A stretch of 64,000 nt of DNA. Origin: a virus (lineage: Duplodnaviria; Heunggongvirae; Uroviricota; Caudoviricetes). The DNA lies in IMG/VR virus record IMGVR_UViG_3300029543_000199; one strand, 5' to 3'. The translations under genes and the position numbers were made by a program. Of the stretch, positions 63,723 to 64,000 are shown in pieces (position 1 is the stretch's first letter; each line of letters begins with the position of its first letter). Under the pieces are notes generated by a model that ran no database searches, had not been told where the DNA came from, and saw only the letters and a list, made by a program, of their open reading frames with translations.

Positions 63723-64000
63723 CTAGCGTAGACGATATCAATAGTCTTGAGAGCGAAGCCGGTATTATTGCATCATTGATACATAAACCGGATTTCATAT
63801 TCTATTCCGAATATTTATTACCCAATCATTTTACAAATAAAGAAAACAGATGTGTGTACACAGCTATCGGAGACCTTGTTAATAGAGGTATTACGACAGT
63901 TGACCCATATAACATCATTGAAAGTCTTAATGCATCAGAGGCAACGAGAAAGTACGCAGATGAATTGTCTGTAGAAAAGTTGAATGAGCTGATGGAGATG
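63719..64000 (+). CDS. DnaB-like replicative helicase, N-terminal part (continues beyond the window)
   Basis: DDINSLESEAGIIASLIHKPDFIFYSEYLLPNHFTNKENRCVYTAIGDLVNRGITTVDPYNIIESL matches the DnaB N-terminal domain pattern (AE..vLG.ll..p....l..F....h..if.ai..L...g..iD). Confidence 0.55.
   Translation, partial: MTSVDDINSLESEAGIIASLIHKPDFIFYSEYLLPNHFTNKENRCVYTAIGDLVNRGITTVDPYNIIESLNASEATRKYADELSVEKLNELMEM

Overview
The whole 64-kb window reads as one contiguous stretch of a large, low-GC tailed phage or prophage. The AT-rich codon usage and AGGAGG-type ribosome binding sites point to a Firmicutes-type host. No host housekeeping operon is visible. The left 10.8 kb is a minus-strand block. It holds a terminase large subunit truncated by the window edge, a putative small subunit, an HU-like protein, a tyrosine integrase next to a complete tRNA-Tyr, and a metallophosphoesterase. 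It also holds a ~915-aa protein carrying RNA-polymerase beta-prime-like RxPxxH and DFDGD motifs (a YonO-like single-subunit RNAP candidate) and a P-loop NTPase. A divergent promoter region at 10.8-11.5 kb starts a ~53-kb plus-strand gene array. Notable content of that array:
- an HTH/sigma-like regulator bracketed by four copies of a 20-nt box (three of them in perfect 58-bp tandem repeats), followed by a ~950-nt ORF-free region that looks like a structured RNA or an origin;
- an RNase H1;
- a JAB/MPN peptidase plus an E1-like (ThiF) adenylyltransferase pair;
- a retron-type reverse transcriptase whose upstream noncoding element recurs in four further paralogous copies (five in total, one pair in tandem) across 10 kb. 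I judge this the most unusual feature of the window;
- a polynucleotide-kinase / phosphatase / ligase-like RNA-repair trio split into three genes, with the phosphatase inverted;
- a P-type cation ATPase followed by three TerD paralogs and a coiled-coil membrane protein;
- a full-length tmRNA (ssrA-like) gene;
- a Crh/HPr-like protein lacking the phospho-His;
- a nucleotidyltransferase-HEPN pair with a second integrase;
- an NAD+ salvage cluster (nicotinamidase, PRPP synthetase, NAMPT, HAD phosphatase, NadE);
- a cysteine desulfurase;
- a lone MazF-like toxin;
- a tRNA-Gln whose anticodon loop is one nucleotide short;
- an ERF-SSB-PD-(D/E)XK nuclease recombination module, and the start of a DnaB-like helicase.
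All functional calls come from motifs read by eye. None has been checked against a database.
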